From NCBI GenBank assembly GCA_016180965.1, contig JACPAF010000001.1, positions 10,111-74,110 on the forward strand: a stretch of DNA of 64,000 nt. Reading direction: 5' to 3'. Below the pieces are notes generated by a model, which saw only the letters and a program-made list of their open reading frames with translations, was not told the DNA's origin and ran no database searches. Source of the DNA: Candidatus Aenigmatarchaeota archaeon. Its GTDB lineage: Archaea > Aenigmatarchaeota > Aenigmatarchaeia > JACPZZ01. Below, one piece after another: positions 28,356-38,256 of the stretch (its first letter is position 1; each line of letters opens with the position of its first letter). A program made the position numbers and the translations under genes.

Positions 28356-30155
28356 ATGAAAAAATGGGTGCCGGATACTTCTGTTCTGATTAATGGAAAA
28401 CTGGCTAATCTTGTTGAGACGAACCAGGTTGAGGGAGAGATTATTATTCCCGTCACTGTGATCGATGAATTGCAGGCGCAGGCCTCGCGAGGCAAGGATA
28501 TAGGTTTCCAGGGGCTGGAGCAGTTAAAATCCGTGCGCGTGATGGCCGAAAGCGGAAAAAAGATAAAATTAATATACACGGGACGCAGGCCGACCATGGA
28601 AGAAATAATGATGGCCAAGAAAGGGCGATTAGATGCGTTAATACGCGATGTCGCAAAAGAAAACGCAGCCACGCTGATAACCGCGGATTATGTGCAAGCG
28701 CTCGTGGCGGAAGCAGAGGGCGTTTCAGTCATGTACATACAGAACGTGCGCTCGACAAGCCCGATTAAACTGGAAGACTTTTTCGATGAAAACACTTCCT
28801 CCGTCCACTTAAAGGTTGATGTTTTGCCGATGGCGAAAAAAGGGAAACCCGGACAGGTTAAACTGCTAAAAATACGCGACACGCCCATGAAAGAGGAGGA
28901 GATAGAATCGATCGTAAAGGAAATATTGGACCGTGTAAGGCACGAAAAAAACGCGTTCATCGAAATGGGTTCTGCGGGCGCGATGGTAATACAATTTGAC
29001 AAGTACAGGATTGCCGTGGCGCGCCGGCCTTTCAGCGACGGGTTAGAGCTGACTGCTGTCAGGCCGATAACCAAGCTCGTGCTTTCTGATTACAAACTTT
29101 CCGAAAAATTAATGGACCGCTTAAAAGAGCGTGCGGAAGGCGTAATTATCTGCGGGCCGCCGGGTTCCGGAAAATCCACGTTCGCCGCTTCAATCGCGGA
29201 ATATTACCTGTCTCTTGACAAGATCGTAAAGACCATTGAAAACCCAAGGGATTTGCAGGTACCTCCTGAAATAACTCAGTACGGCGCGCTGGACGGGAGT
29301 ATGGAGAAAACAGCTGACATACTGCTGTTGGTAAGGCCGGATTACACGATTTATGATGAAGTGCGAAAAACCAAGGATTTCGAATTGTTCGCTGACATGC
29401 GCATGGCGGGCGTTGGAATGGTTGGCGTGGTTCATGCGTCGAATGCGATCGATTCCGTGCAAAGGTTCATAGGCAGGATAGAAATGGGCATGATAACGAG
29501 TGTTCTGGACACGATAATATTCCTTAAGGGCGGGGAGATTAAAAAAGTTTACGAATTGCAGCTGCTTGTGCGGGTGCCGACGGGCATGATGGAAGCGGAT
29601 TTGGCCCGACCGCTGATAGAAGTGCGCGATTTTGAGACCGGCAGATGCGAGTATGAAATATACACGTACGGCGAGGAGAACGTGGTTGTTCCTGTCAATG
29701 AGACTAGCAAAGAACAGCCTGTCAGGAAATTGGCCAAAGAAAGGATATTGCAGGAGATTAGAAAGTTTGATCCGCAGGCCGAAGCTGAGGTCGTGAGCGA
29801 CAATAAAGTGATAGTCCGCGTGGATAATGAAATGGTTCCGCATATCATCGGCAAAGAGGGTAAAACCGTGATGGAGCTTGAGAAGAAGCTTGGCATATCC
29901 ATTGATATTGAGCCTTTAGCGAAGAACATGGGAAAACTTGTTTCACACAACATATCCGAATCAGGCGCATACTTGAATATTGGGTTTGATACAAGGTTAT
30001 CAGGCAAGGTTGTTTCCGTTTATGTGGACGACGAATTTTTATTATCCGCCACGGTCGGCTCGAAGGACGTAATAAAAGTTTCCAAGGACTCCGATATAGG
30101 ATCAGCTTTGATGCGGGCCGCCGTAAACAAGAAAAAAATAAAATGTTACATGTAA
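28356..30155 (+). CDS. PIN-domain / PilT-type ATPase / KH-domain protein
   Basis: Start at the ATG at 28356. N-terminal PIN-like (VPDTSVLING). Walker A GPPGSGKST. C-terminal KH-like IIGKEGKTVMELEKKLG. Confidence 0.8.
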   Translation: MKKWVPDTSVLINGKLANLVETNQVEGEIIIPVTVIDELQAQASRGKDIGFQGLEQLKSVRVMAESGKKIKLIYTGRRPTMEEIMMAKKGRLDALIRDVAKENAATLITADYVQALVAEAEGVSVMYIQNVRSTSPIKLEDFFDENTSSVHLKVDVLPMAKKGKPGQVKLLKIRDTPMKEEEIESIVKEILDRVRHEKNAFIEMGSAGAMVIQFDKYRIAVARRPFSDGLELTAVRPITKLVLSDYKLSEKLMDRLKERAEGVIICGPPGSGKSTFAASIAEYYLSLDKIVKTIENPRDLQVPPEITQYGALDGSMEKTADILLLVRPDYTIYDEVRKTKDFELFADMRMAGVGMVGVVHASNAIDSVQRFIGRIEMGMITSVLDTIIFLKGGEIKKVYELQLLVRVPTGMMEADLARPLIEVRDFETGRCEYEIYTYGEENVVVPVNETSKEQPVRKLAKERILQEIRKFDPQAEAEVVSDNKVIVRVDNEMVPHIIGKEGKTVMELEKKLGISIDIEPLAKNMGKLVSHNISESGAYLNIGFDTRLSGKVVSVYVDDEFLLSATVGSKDVIKVSKDSDIGSALMRAAVNKKKIKCYM

Positions 30156-30211
30156 TTTTATCCCGCACTCCGAAACTGTCATTTTATTAGGGTTTCCGAC
30201 GAAATAATATC

Positions 30212-30736
30212 ATGATAGAAGACTTGGGCAAAAAACAATTTATCCCGGTTTCCAGGCTAGTCGTTATTGCTGCAATGGTTGCCATGGTCATCCTGGTCGG
30301 CAACGGCGTAACCGGATTTACAACTTCTTTGATAAAACTTCAGGAGGCCGCGGCAAACTCAACCCATACGACTGCCGTGCTACAAGACCTGCAAAAGCAG
30401 GCTGGGGAATGCACGAACACGCTTAACTCAACGTCCCAGTTGTTTAATTCCTGCAGAATAGAACTGGAGGATAAAAAATCCGAGAACTCCAGGCTTTCAA
30501 CCGAGACTTCCGTGCAGGAAAAAAACATAACAATTTACGTGAACACGATAACGACGCTGCAGCGCGAATTACAAAGACTAACGAGCCTGTCGGACAGCAT
30601 GGCAGTCAGCATCTGCTGCCTCAGGCGGTATGTGCTGGAGGATGATTCCCTGAGATACTATTATATCCAGGACAACAAAACGTTCTGCGTAAGCCAACCG
30701 GAAGATATTCTAGCCACGAAAGAATTCTCCTGCTGA
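30212..30736 (+). CDS. Membrane-anchored coiled-coil hypothetical protein
   Basis: 174 aa. One TM, then heptad-rich and Cys-containing C-terminal part. Confidence 0.5.
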   Translation: MIEDLGKKQFIPVSRLVVIAAMVAMVILVGNGVTGFTTSLIKLQEAAANSTHTTAVLQDLQKQAGECTNTLNSTSQLFNSCRIELEDKKSENSRLSTETSVQEKNITIYVNTITTLQRELQRLTSLSDSMAVSICCLRRYVLEDDSLRYYYIQDNKTFCVSQPEDILATKEFSC

Positions 30737-30770
30737 GGAAAAAATTAGTATTTAACCGCACGCGATCTAG

Positions 30771-30928
30771 CTAGAAATATGTGTTGACAGTAGCACATAT
30801 TTCAGTTAGTAGCTGAAAACAGTCACATACAAGATGTGACTGTTTTAGTTGTAGCTAGAAACATATGAATACCAATTGCATATGTTTCAGTTAGTTACAG
30901 CTAGACTCATACTTCGTATGAGTCAGTT
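30771..30928. repeat. Tandem array of four family hairpins directly upstream of tRNA-Arg
   Basis: H1 30771-30807, H2 30813-30850 (opposite bulge polarity), H3 30855-30892, H4 30901-30928. Flanks AG|CTAGA / CAGTT are conserved, stems differ but stay complementary. H4 ends 7 nt before tRNA +1. Confidence 0.85.
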
Positions 30929-30935
30929 TACAACA

Positions 30936-31051
30936 GGATCCGTAGCTCAGCCTGGACAGAGCAGCAGCCTCCTAACGAGCTTTTCCAAAAAGCTCGACCA
31001 AAAGAGAATGGAGATAGTTGAAGGTCGCGGGTTCAAATCCCGTCGGATCCG
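30936..31051 (+). tRNA. tRNA-Arg-CCT: tRNA-Arg(CCT) with canonical 37/38 intron (30975-31015, 41 nt)
   Basis: GGATCCG..GCAGC-CTCCTA|intron|A-GTTGA..GCGGG-TTCAAAT-CCCGT-CGGATCC-G. BHB core CTCC/GGAG. Confidence 0.85.
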
Positions 31052-31126
31052 TTGATAAAAGCGCATGTTCTGGTTTTGGCGGGCTACAATATATTATATA
31101 TCGCAAAAACGGCAAATCTTAAACCA

Positions 31127-34100
31127 ATGAGTATCATTAAAAGGCTGCCGCCTTACTTGGTTTTTGTTTTGTCGGTTTCCGGCCTGGTTTTGTACGCCGG
31201 CGGTTATGTGTGGAGTTCTTCGATTTTAGAGTTCAACGTAACTTCCGAAGCCTATTACGCCAATTGGACACAATCAGACTGGGTTGACCCGTACGCTTTC
31301 AATGTCAGCGTCGGATACCTTTACATCAACACGCCTGGAGTGGCTTGGATTTTGTTAAATGCGACGAACAGCAGTTTTATCCGTACTTCGGCCTCGGATT
31401 TTGCGGACATGATACTGGTCAACAATACTCTTTTATCCAACCAGGTAAACGTAAGCAACAATTCTTATGCAAATTTCACAATACGCTTCAACGCCTCGCT
31501 ATTGAAACCGGGGCGTTATACTGGAAACTTGTCATTGGCCAATGCGACCAACGCGAACGCGGCGATTAACAACATTACAATAAGGCTGGACATACCGCTT
31601 ACTACGAACCAGACTTTTGCGCACTCGAACAATTTCTTCGGAAATTTAAGCGTATTAAACAGCTTCGATGTTTTCTATTTCAATTCCACATCGACGAGCG
31701 GGTTTTACGCCAACGTAAACAGCAGCTTAATCGACCTTTTACTTTTTGATGCGAACGACAACCTAGTCGGCTTAAACAACACGAACTCAACGTCGGGCAA
31801 TAAAACTTTGCTCTACGCTTTCCCTTCATACAACAGTTTCTACCAGCTGAAAGTCTTTTACAACACATCGAACGCGTCTAAATACATACCCTACAACGGG
31901 ATAATCGAATTTTCTTACATCAACTCCAGCTTGAGTTTCCTCAATTTCCTAGTTAATGCGACTCCGGATGCGGCGACCGGGACAGGCATAACGCTCAATT
32001 TAAACAACACCGGCCAGGTTAACTATTCGACATTAATCGAAACGGAGCAGGTCTATAAACTAGATCTGTATGTGAACCTGCAAAATTCTACGAATATAAC
32101 GATACCAATTGCCGGTCACTATGTTTCGATTGACACAACAATAGAGTGGAACAACGCGTCAGCGGACTTCAATTTGACTATTTATAATTCTTCCACAATT
32201 TCCGTAGCGAACCAAAGCAAAAGGACTGATATGTTTAACATAACGGGGCTGGGCTTCAACAGGATATTTTCACGGTCCACGGCGGGCGTGAACGAATTCA
32301 ACAAAAGCTGGGCCGTGTCCGTAGTAGGGGATAAATTAGTTTACTACAATCTCACGATAAAAATAAATATCGACAACACATGGTTGAACAGCTCGTTTGG
32401 AAATTATACAAGGCAATATGTGTTAAACGCAACCCAGAACGGCACATCAATAAATTTCAATGTGACTGTTCCAGCGCTATCTACGGACGGGATTTACAAC
32501 GGCACGATAACTTTCTTCGAGAATGGAGGCCATTATATGGCCGTGCCTTTCGGAATAAACGTGACCGAGCCCATGCTGGTTGTAAACAACACTTTGTCAG
32601 GATTGTTGTTGTACGTAACGGACAACGTCGGGACGAACAAAACGCTTGATTACACACTTACAATAAACAACACCGGAACTTTTTCGCTTTTGTTAAACGA
32701 CTACAATTCCACGTCCTTGAATAGTTCAGGCGGGAATTTCGAATATTTCAATTACTCATTTGAAAATCCTGTGACTGCCAGAAATTCAACGCTGCTTAAA
32801 ATCAGGATCAACCAAACCACGCTGACATCCGCGACGGGAGAATCAATTTATTTGGGCTGGATAAAATTAAACTCAACCAGCGCGCATCCGTACAAGGATT
32901 TCCTTGTAAACATAACTTTCAACCTTACCGACAAATTGAATGTTTTGGTCAGTAATGTTGCGAACCAGACTGACAGGGGCCTGTGGATAAACCCGATAAA
33001 CAAGACCGAAAATTATTCGACGATCCCCAGCAGCAATCCAGTGTTTATCAACGTCACTGTAAACGTGACTTACCAGAACGGGACTTTTGTAAGCGTGTTG
33101 AACGCGACCAACTTTACAGTTTGGCTGCAAAACGAATTTCCGTATGAAGGCTCCAATTACACAATCAATTTCACCACCGCAGGCGTGGCGAATGTGATAC
33201 GCGCCAATCCCTCGTTGAATAATTACGTGCTCAACGTGTCGGTGCCGTCGAACATTTCCGGAGGCAACTATTCAGTGTATGCGACTGCGTACGATTCTTC
33301 TAACGGGCCGAGGAACGGCGGCACTGCGAAATTTAATTATCTCTATGTGAACAGCAGCGCACTGGCCATCGACGTGTACAATGGCACGCATGATAACGAC
33401 GATTTCACTAACATCGGATCGAGGAGCATATTTGTCAACGTAACCAATGTCGGCGGGGGCGCCATTTTCAACGCCTCACTGTCGTTAAGCTTGTCCGGAT
33501 CCTGTTCGGCCGTGACCAGCGGATATACGGCAGATTACGACATCGGAAACATTTCCGGATTCAGCAGTTACACAAACAGTTCGGCCACGTGGAAAATAGA
33601 AATATCTTCCAATTCAACATGCACGGCAACTATCGTGGGTAAAGGCCCGTCTGGCGTTTGGGTATTAAACGACACGCTGGTTTTCATTTACACCGGCACT
33701 GTGATATCATCGGGCAACAACCCTTCGAATACAGGAGGAAGCGGGCCGGGCAACGCGCTAGCATTGACAATCGTGACCGGCGATTCGGTATATTTCAAGG
33801 GCAAGCCCGTCTCGTTTAATTTCAGCGTATCATCGGGCGGGTCGGCTGTGAACAGCGCAAATGTAAAATATAATATAACAAACTCTGCAGGCGCCAAAGT
33901 TGCGGAAGGATCTTGTTCAACGGGCTCGGGCAAATGCGACGGATCCTACAATTCAGACCCGAATGCGATAGGAACTTTCACCATATCCGCAACCGCAACA
34001 AAGGACGGCTACACATCCGACAATAAGAAAAAAACATTCGAGATCCAGGGGTACAACGCCACCATACCGACATACACAAAAACAATTTACATATTGCAGG

Positions 34101-34909
34101 GAAGCGCAAACTCAACAACTGCGACGATTAAAAACAGCGGGATCTTTGACGGTGCAATGTCGCTCTCGATAAAAGATATCGACGCATCGTGGTGGAAAAT
34201 AAATCCCGACAACGCAACGTTAAGCGCAGGACAAACTGCCAGTTTCGGCGTGAATTTCAGCGTACCCGCGGGCGCAGTAGTCAAAAATTATACGGCAAAA
34301 TATTCCGTGACCGCAGACACGGAAATACAAAACGAATATTTCTACCTGGTTGTCACGCCCACTGAAAAAACCAAGTCTGAAATAAACGCGACCGTGCTGA
34401 ATTACACGGAACTGCTGAACGGGCTGATGGCAAGGCTAAATGTAACCACATTCCCGGCTTTCAACAGCACGGAACTGAAAATAGCTTCGGACAAGCTTAA
34501 CCTCGCTTACTCGCTTCTTTCACAGGCAAATGACTCGATATACAAAGGCGATTACGTGAAGGCCAACGAATTCGCGATACAATCTAAAGCCCTTCTGGAT
34601 TCTGCGGAAACTTTAATAAGAGCCGCGGAAGCCGGGCAAGGCAACAAAAAATTTGAAAACGTTCTCGTTGTCGCCGGAGTTGTGGCCGGTGTAATATTCG
34701 CCGGCCTGCTCGTCTACACCATGCTGCCTGAGCCGGGATATTCTTCGTCAAAAGGGTATACGGTACCCGAACAGGCCGGGTCTGCGGGTGCGGTGAAACA
34801 AAAATTCAAAAAAATAGAGAACATTGTCCAGGAAATTGTTGACAAGCTCAAGGAACTTGTTAAAAAGATCTCGGGAAAGAAAGAAGAAGAATTCAAGGTC
34901 GTTAACTAG
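31127..34909 (+). CDS. Giant sequon-rich surface protein (S-layer/adhesin-like), C-terminally anchored
   Basis: About 1260 aa from the ATG at 31127 (TATA-like ATATTATATAT about 30 nt upstream). Signal/TM at the N-terminus. Dozens of NxS/T sequons. C-terminal TM VLVVAGVVAGVIFAGLLVY plus charged tail. Confidence 0.75.
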   Translation: MSIIKRLPPYLVFVLSVSGLVLYAGGYVWSSSILEFNVTSEAYYANWTQSDWVDPYAFNVSVGYLYINTPGVAWILLNATNSSFIRTSASDFADMILVNNTLLSNQVNVSNNSYANFTIRFNASLLKPGRYTGNLSLANATNANAAINNITIRLDIPLTTNQTFAHSNNFFGNLSVLNSFDVFYFNSTSTSGFYANVNSSLIDLLLFDANDNLVGLNNTNSTSGNKTLLYAFPSYNSFYQLKVFYNTSNASKYIPYNGIIEFSYINSSLSFLNFLVNATPDAATGTGITLNLNNTGQVNYSTLIETEQVYKLDLYVNLQNSTNITIPIAGHYVSIDTTIEWNNASADFNLTIYNSSTISVANQSKRTDMFNITGLGFNRIFSRSTAGVNEFNKSWAVSVVGDKLVYYNLTIKINIDNTWLNSSFGNYTRQYVLNATQNGTSINFNVTVPALSTDGIYNGTITFFENGGHYMAVPFGINVTEPMLVVNNTLSGLLLYVTDNVGTNKTLDYTLTINNTGTFSLLLNDYNSTSLNSSGGNFEYFNYSFENPVTARNSTLLKIRINQTTLTSATGESIYLGWIKLNSTSAHPYKDFLVNITFNLTDKLNVLVSNVANQTDRGLWINPINKTENYSTIPSSNPVFINVTVNVTYQNGTFVSVLNATNFTVWLQNEFPYEGSNYTINFTTAGVANVIRANPSLNNYVLNVSVPSNISGGNYSVYATAYDSSNGPRNGGTAKFNYLYVNSSALAIDVYNGTHDNDDFTNIGSRSIFVNVTNVGGGAIFNASLSLSLSGSCSAVTSGYTADYDIGNISGFSSYTNSSATWKIEISSNSTCTATIVGKGPSGVWVLNDTLVFIYTGTVISSGNNPSNTGGSGPGNALALTIVTGDSVYFKGKPVSFNFSVSSGGSAVNSANVKYNITNSAGAKVAEGSCSTGSGKCDGSYNSDPNAIGTFTISATATKDGYTSDNKKKTFEIQGYNATIPTYTKTIYILQGSANSTTATIKNSGIFDGAMSLSIKDIDASWWKINPDNATLSAGQTASFGVNFSVPAGAVVKNYTAKYSVTADTEIQNEYFYLVVTPTEKTKSEINATVLNYTELLNGLMARLNVTTFPAFNSTELKIASDKLNLAYSLLSQANDSIYKGDYVKANEFAIQSKALLDSAETLIRAAEAGQGNKKFENVLVVAGVVAGVIFAGLLVYTMLPEPGYSSSKGYTVPEQAGSAGAVKQKFKKIENIVQEIVDKLKELVKKISGKKEEEFKVVN

Positions 34910-34972
34910 AAGCCTTCAGGTCAGAAAGGGGAAAACTACATTAATCCAAAAGGATAATTCTTAGCGGTCAAG

Positions 34973-35323
34973 ATGGCAAAGAAATCTTATTTTGTGTATA
35001 AGGACAGCCTGACGGGAAAAATAAAGAGGACCTTGGACGACCAGATACCGCAAAAGGCTATCCTGGAAAAAATAAAGAACATGCACGTAGAAAACCTGAT
35101 CAAAGGGCCGGCCAGCGAGGCCAAGAGGCAAATGCTGACTTTTGTGACTACGGCATTCTCGCTGACCGCGGCGTTGTTCTGGAACGACGCAATCAAGGCC
35201 ATGATAACCAACTACATACCAAAAGAGGGCGGATGGCCTTATCTCATGCTGGCTGCGGCCATTGTGACAGTAATAGCGGTCACAATCACATGGTTAATTT
35301 CCACGACCATGGAAAAAAGATAG
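34973..35323 (+). CDS. Small membrane protein (DUF5654-like)
   Basis: 116 aa. FSLTAALFWNDAIKAMI motif and two hydrophobic helices. Confidence 0.5.
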   Translation: MAKKSYFVYKDSLTGKIKRTLDDQIPQKAILEKIKNMHVENLIKGPASEAKRQMLTFVTTAFSLTAALFWNDAIKAMITNYIPKEGGWPYLMLAAAIVTVIAVTITWLISTTMEKR

Positions 35324-35343
35324 TTCCTTCCAAAAATAAAAAA

Positions 35344-35805
35344 TTAAGTTACCGTGTGCACGCCAAGCCTTTTCTCGATGTATTTCAACGGCCTTAAGAT
35401 GAAAAGTATCACTGCTGCTGATAATATTGCTACTTCGTAGTCTCCCATCCCGACCAATACGCCGACGGCTGCAACGCTCCAAACGTCCGCGGCTGTGGTG
35501 AGTCCGCGCTTCTCCCCTTTTTTCGACTGGAATATTATACCGCCTCCGATAAATCCGATGCCGGTAATTATGCCTGGCAGCACGCGGGAGAAATCTGCGA
35601 AACTGCCAGAGCTAAGGCCGATGATTGTGAATAGGCACGCGCCCAGAGAAACCAATGCCTGGGTCCTTGTTCCAGCCGGGCTGTTGCTTAAACTTCTTTC
35701 CAGCCCGATTAAAATTCCCAGCAAAGCGGACAGCATGATCTTGATTACAATTGTGTAATCCACCATTACCATGATTAATTTTTGGGTTAAGTCCGTTAAA
35801 TACAC
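35344..35805 (-). CDS. MgtC/SapB-family membrane protein
   Basis: 153 aa. LLGILIGLERSLSNSPAGTRTQALVSLGACLF signature. Confidence 0.8.
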   Translation of the reverse strand: MYLTDLTQKLIMVMVDYTIVIKIMLSALLGILIGLERSLSNSPAGTRTQALVSLGACLFTIIGLSSGSFADFSRVLPGIITGIGFIGGGIIFQSKKGEKRGLTTAADVWSVAAVGVLVGMGDYEVAILSAAVILFILRPLKYIEKRLGVHTVT

Positions 35806-35848
35806 TTAGACTGCTGATATTATATTAAAAATAATGTAAATGGCAAGG

Positions 35849-37705
35849 TCACATCTTTTCAAGTGCGTCAACGCCTATCAGGCTTAAACTTTTTTCAAGT
35901 ACGCTGACGAAAGCGCGAACCAAATTCAAACGGAAAGTTTTAATCGGTTCTTCAGCGTGAAGCACGGGAGAATCCTGGTAAAACTTGTTGAACAGCGAAC
36001 AAAGATTAAAAGCATAGCGGCAAATTTCCTGGGGCGATAAAGTAACTACAGACTTATCCACGATTGACGGGAAGTCCATCATGCTCTTGATTATTTCAGA
36101 TTCCGTGTCCGTGACGGATTTGACAGGCTTCAACTTCGGGATTTTACCGGCCTTTTCCAGTATTTTCAGCGACCTTGCGTATGCGTATTGCAGGTAAGGA
36201 GAAGTGTTTCCGTCGAGGCGCAACGATTCTTCGGTATCGAAAGTTATAATGTTCTCGCGGCCGACCTTGACCATTTCGTACCTTAATGCAGAGCGGGCGA
36301 TTTTGCGGGCGGTCCCGATTAACCATTTCTCTGTTGCGCTGTTATTGCGCTTCTTGGTTTCTTCATAAGCCTTCTTTTCCAGTATGTTTAACACGTCATC
36401 AACGTTGATGAAAAGGCCTTTGCGCCCGGACATGTTCGTCGCTGAATCGGCGTCGAAGCCGAGCTGTTGCGCCGCGTTTTTGCTCAATGTGACGACGCCG
36501 TAATCGTAATGGTTGTAATCTACTTTTTTACCAGCTAGCATTTCCAGTGCCGCAGCTACAACGTCCTGCGCATACGACTGGCGCACGTCGACTATTGCTA
36601 TGGTTTTATCGGCGTTGCCGAATTTTTTGGCCGGTTTTCCTTTGCCTGAAGTAATCCATGTCCTGCTTCCGCTTGAAAATAATTTGTAGTTGAATTTGTC
36701 TTTGACCATCCCATGTTTCCACATCGCGTACGCAATGTCCTTGCCCGTGTATAACACTGTACCGTCGGAACGCGAGAGTATTTTATCGCCGCTCTCTAGG
36801 CCGGAGAATTCCGGCCTATCAGATAATTTTAACAGCCAGCAACCTTTGTTTTTCCCGTCGGTTGCGTTGTAAACCAAACCCGCCTTTTTTAACGCGCCGA
36901 AAGCCTCGTTCCACATGTCGGAGCGCAATACTGCCGTCTCCGAAACTAAAAGGTCAAAACTTATCCCCATGCGCGCCAAAGTTTCAAGCTGGGCGCGCAA
37001 TATTTTTTCAACAACACTGTCCGCAATTTCCGATGTGGCATTGTTGCCCTTTTCTATCTCGCGTATGATTTCCCCGCGCTTCAACTGAAGCTCCGGGTTT
37101 GTCTCATAAATTTTGTTGACGCGCACGTAAACCTCGTTGCCGCAGTACTGGTCAAATTTCAGTTTTGTTTCCATGGGCATGTTTAAAAATTTAAAACCTA
37201 CGATAATATCCGCAAGCTGCGAACCGCTGTCGTCGATGTAATTTATTTCCTGGACCTCATTGCCGGCAAATTTTAACATCCTAACAAGCGCGTCGCCGAG
37301 ACACGAATTTCTTATGTGGCCAACGTGAAGCGCTTTATTGGGATTCACGGACGTGTGTTCGACTATGACATGCCTGCCCTTTCCCGGGGTTTTACCGTAA
37401 TTTTTTTTCACAGTTTCACGAATTACGATGTCGGCCAGTTTAGCCCGGTTAAAGAAAAAATTTATGTAGCCCGCTTTCGCTTCGACGCGCTCTATTATGG
37501 AATTTTTCGGGATTTTGACTGAAGCAACTAACTGTTCCGCGATCTTCATCGGCGGCATTCTCCGCTCGCGGGCGAGGTTGAAGCATATCGTGGATGCAAT
37601 GTCGCCAAAAGAAGGGTCTCGCGGCGCCTCAAGCGTGTTTTCTATGTTTTCCAGCCGAATCAATTTCCGTATCTCGGAGTAAATTTTAAGCATGTTGCGC
37701 ACCAC
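35849..37705 (-). CDS. argS: Arginyl-tRNA synthetase
   Basis: 618 aa. VEHTSVNPNKALHVGHIRN (HIGH region). C-terminal anticodon-binding domain pattern. Confidence 0.9.
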   Translation of the reverse strand: MVRNMLKIYSEIRKLIRLENIENTLEAPRDPSFGDIASTICFNLARERRMPPMKIAEQLVASVKIPKNSIIERVEAKAGYINFFFNRAKLADIVIRETVKKNYGKTPGKGRHVIVEHTSVNPNKALHVGHIRNSCLGDALVRMLKFAGNEVQEINYIDDSGSQLADIIVGFKFLNMPMETKLKFDQYCGNEVYVRVNKIYETNPELQLKRGEIIREIEKGNNATSEIADSVVEKILRAQLETLARMGISFDLLVSETAVLRSDMWNEAFGALKKAGLVYNATDGKNKGCWLLKLSDRPEFSGLESGDKILSRSDGTVLYTGKDIAYAMWKHGMVKDKFNYKLFSSGSRTWITSGKGKPAKKFGNADKTIAIVDVRQSYAQDVVAAALEMLAGKKVDYNHYDYGVVTLSKNAAQQLGFDADSATNMSGRKGLFINVDDVLNILEKKAYEETKKRNNSATEKWLIGTARKIARSALRYEMVKVGRENIITFDTEESLRLDGNTSPYLQYAYARSLKILEKAGKIPKLKPVKSVTDTESEIIKSMMDFPSIVDKSVVTLSPQEICRYAFNLCSLFNKFYQDSPVLHAEEPIKTFRLNLVRAFVSVLEKSLSLIGVDALEKM

Positions 37706-37757
37706 TAGAGTAAATTAACTGTGTTGACTGTTAAATTTAGCTTTAGAATGAGTTAAG

Positions 37758-38183
37758 CTATTTCGGGAACTTGCGCCCGCGGATAACCTCGTTCCTTTCC
37801 ACTTCTTTTATGCCGAAAGCGCTTGACAAAAATGCTATCGCCTTGTCAGAATCGAAGTGGTTGCACGAATAAACGTCGGCTGTTAAATATCCTTTCTCCG
37901 GGTATGTGTGTATGCTTATGTGCGATTCGGCTATCATTACGAAACCGCTAACGCCCCAGTCTTCGGGTTTTTTGTCCCCGTCATAAGGTATCACGTAAGG
38001 CGTTGTTATTTTTTTCATGCCTATTACTGAAGGAAGCTTATCCAGAACTCTGAAAACAGTTGCTACATCGCCCAACCTGGTACTGTCACAGCCGTAGCCG
38101 TCAAGCGTTAAATGCAAACCGTAAGCGCTTTGCACCGCCAGCTTTGAGGTTTTCCCAACGAGTGGAACATTTTTTTGATTCAT
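37758..38183 (-). CDS. speH: Pyruvoyl-dependent S-adenosylmethionine decarboxylase proenzyme (SpeH-type)
   Basis: 141 aa. LDGYGC ... AESHISIHTYPE self-cleavage motif. Confidence 0.8.
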   Translation of the reverse strand: MNQKNVPLVGKTSKLAVQSAYGLHLTLDGYGCDSTRLGDVATVFRVLDKLPSVIGMKKITTPYVIPYDGDKKPEDWGVSGFVMIAESHISIHTYPEKGYLTADVYSCNHFDSDKAIAFLSSAFGIKEVERNEVIRGRKFPK

Positions 38184-38256
38184 TTTCTTTTCTGCTCTAC
38201 CAATTATGTAATACTAATTTAAATATTATTATTGCGTCGCTTCCTTTTAAGTTTTT

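Noticed and set aside
30771-30928. Possible mini-CRISPR array (regularly spaced short conserved junctions with variable inserts).
   Set aside because: The conserved parts are only about 10 nt. The variable parts are themselves perfect palindromes (hairpin stems), not unique spacers. There are only four units, no cas genes are in the window, and the same unit occurs singly next to other tRNAs.
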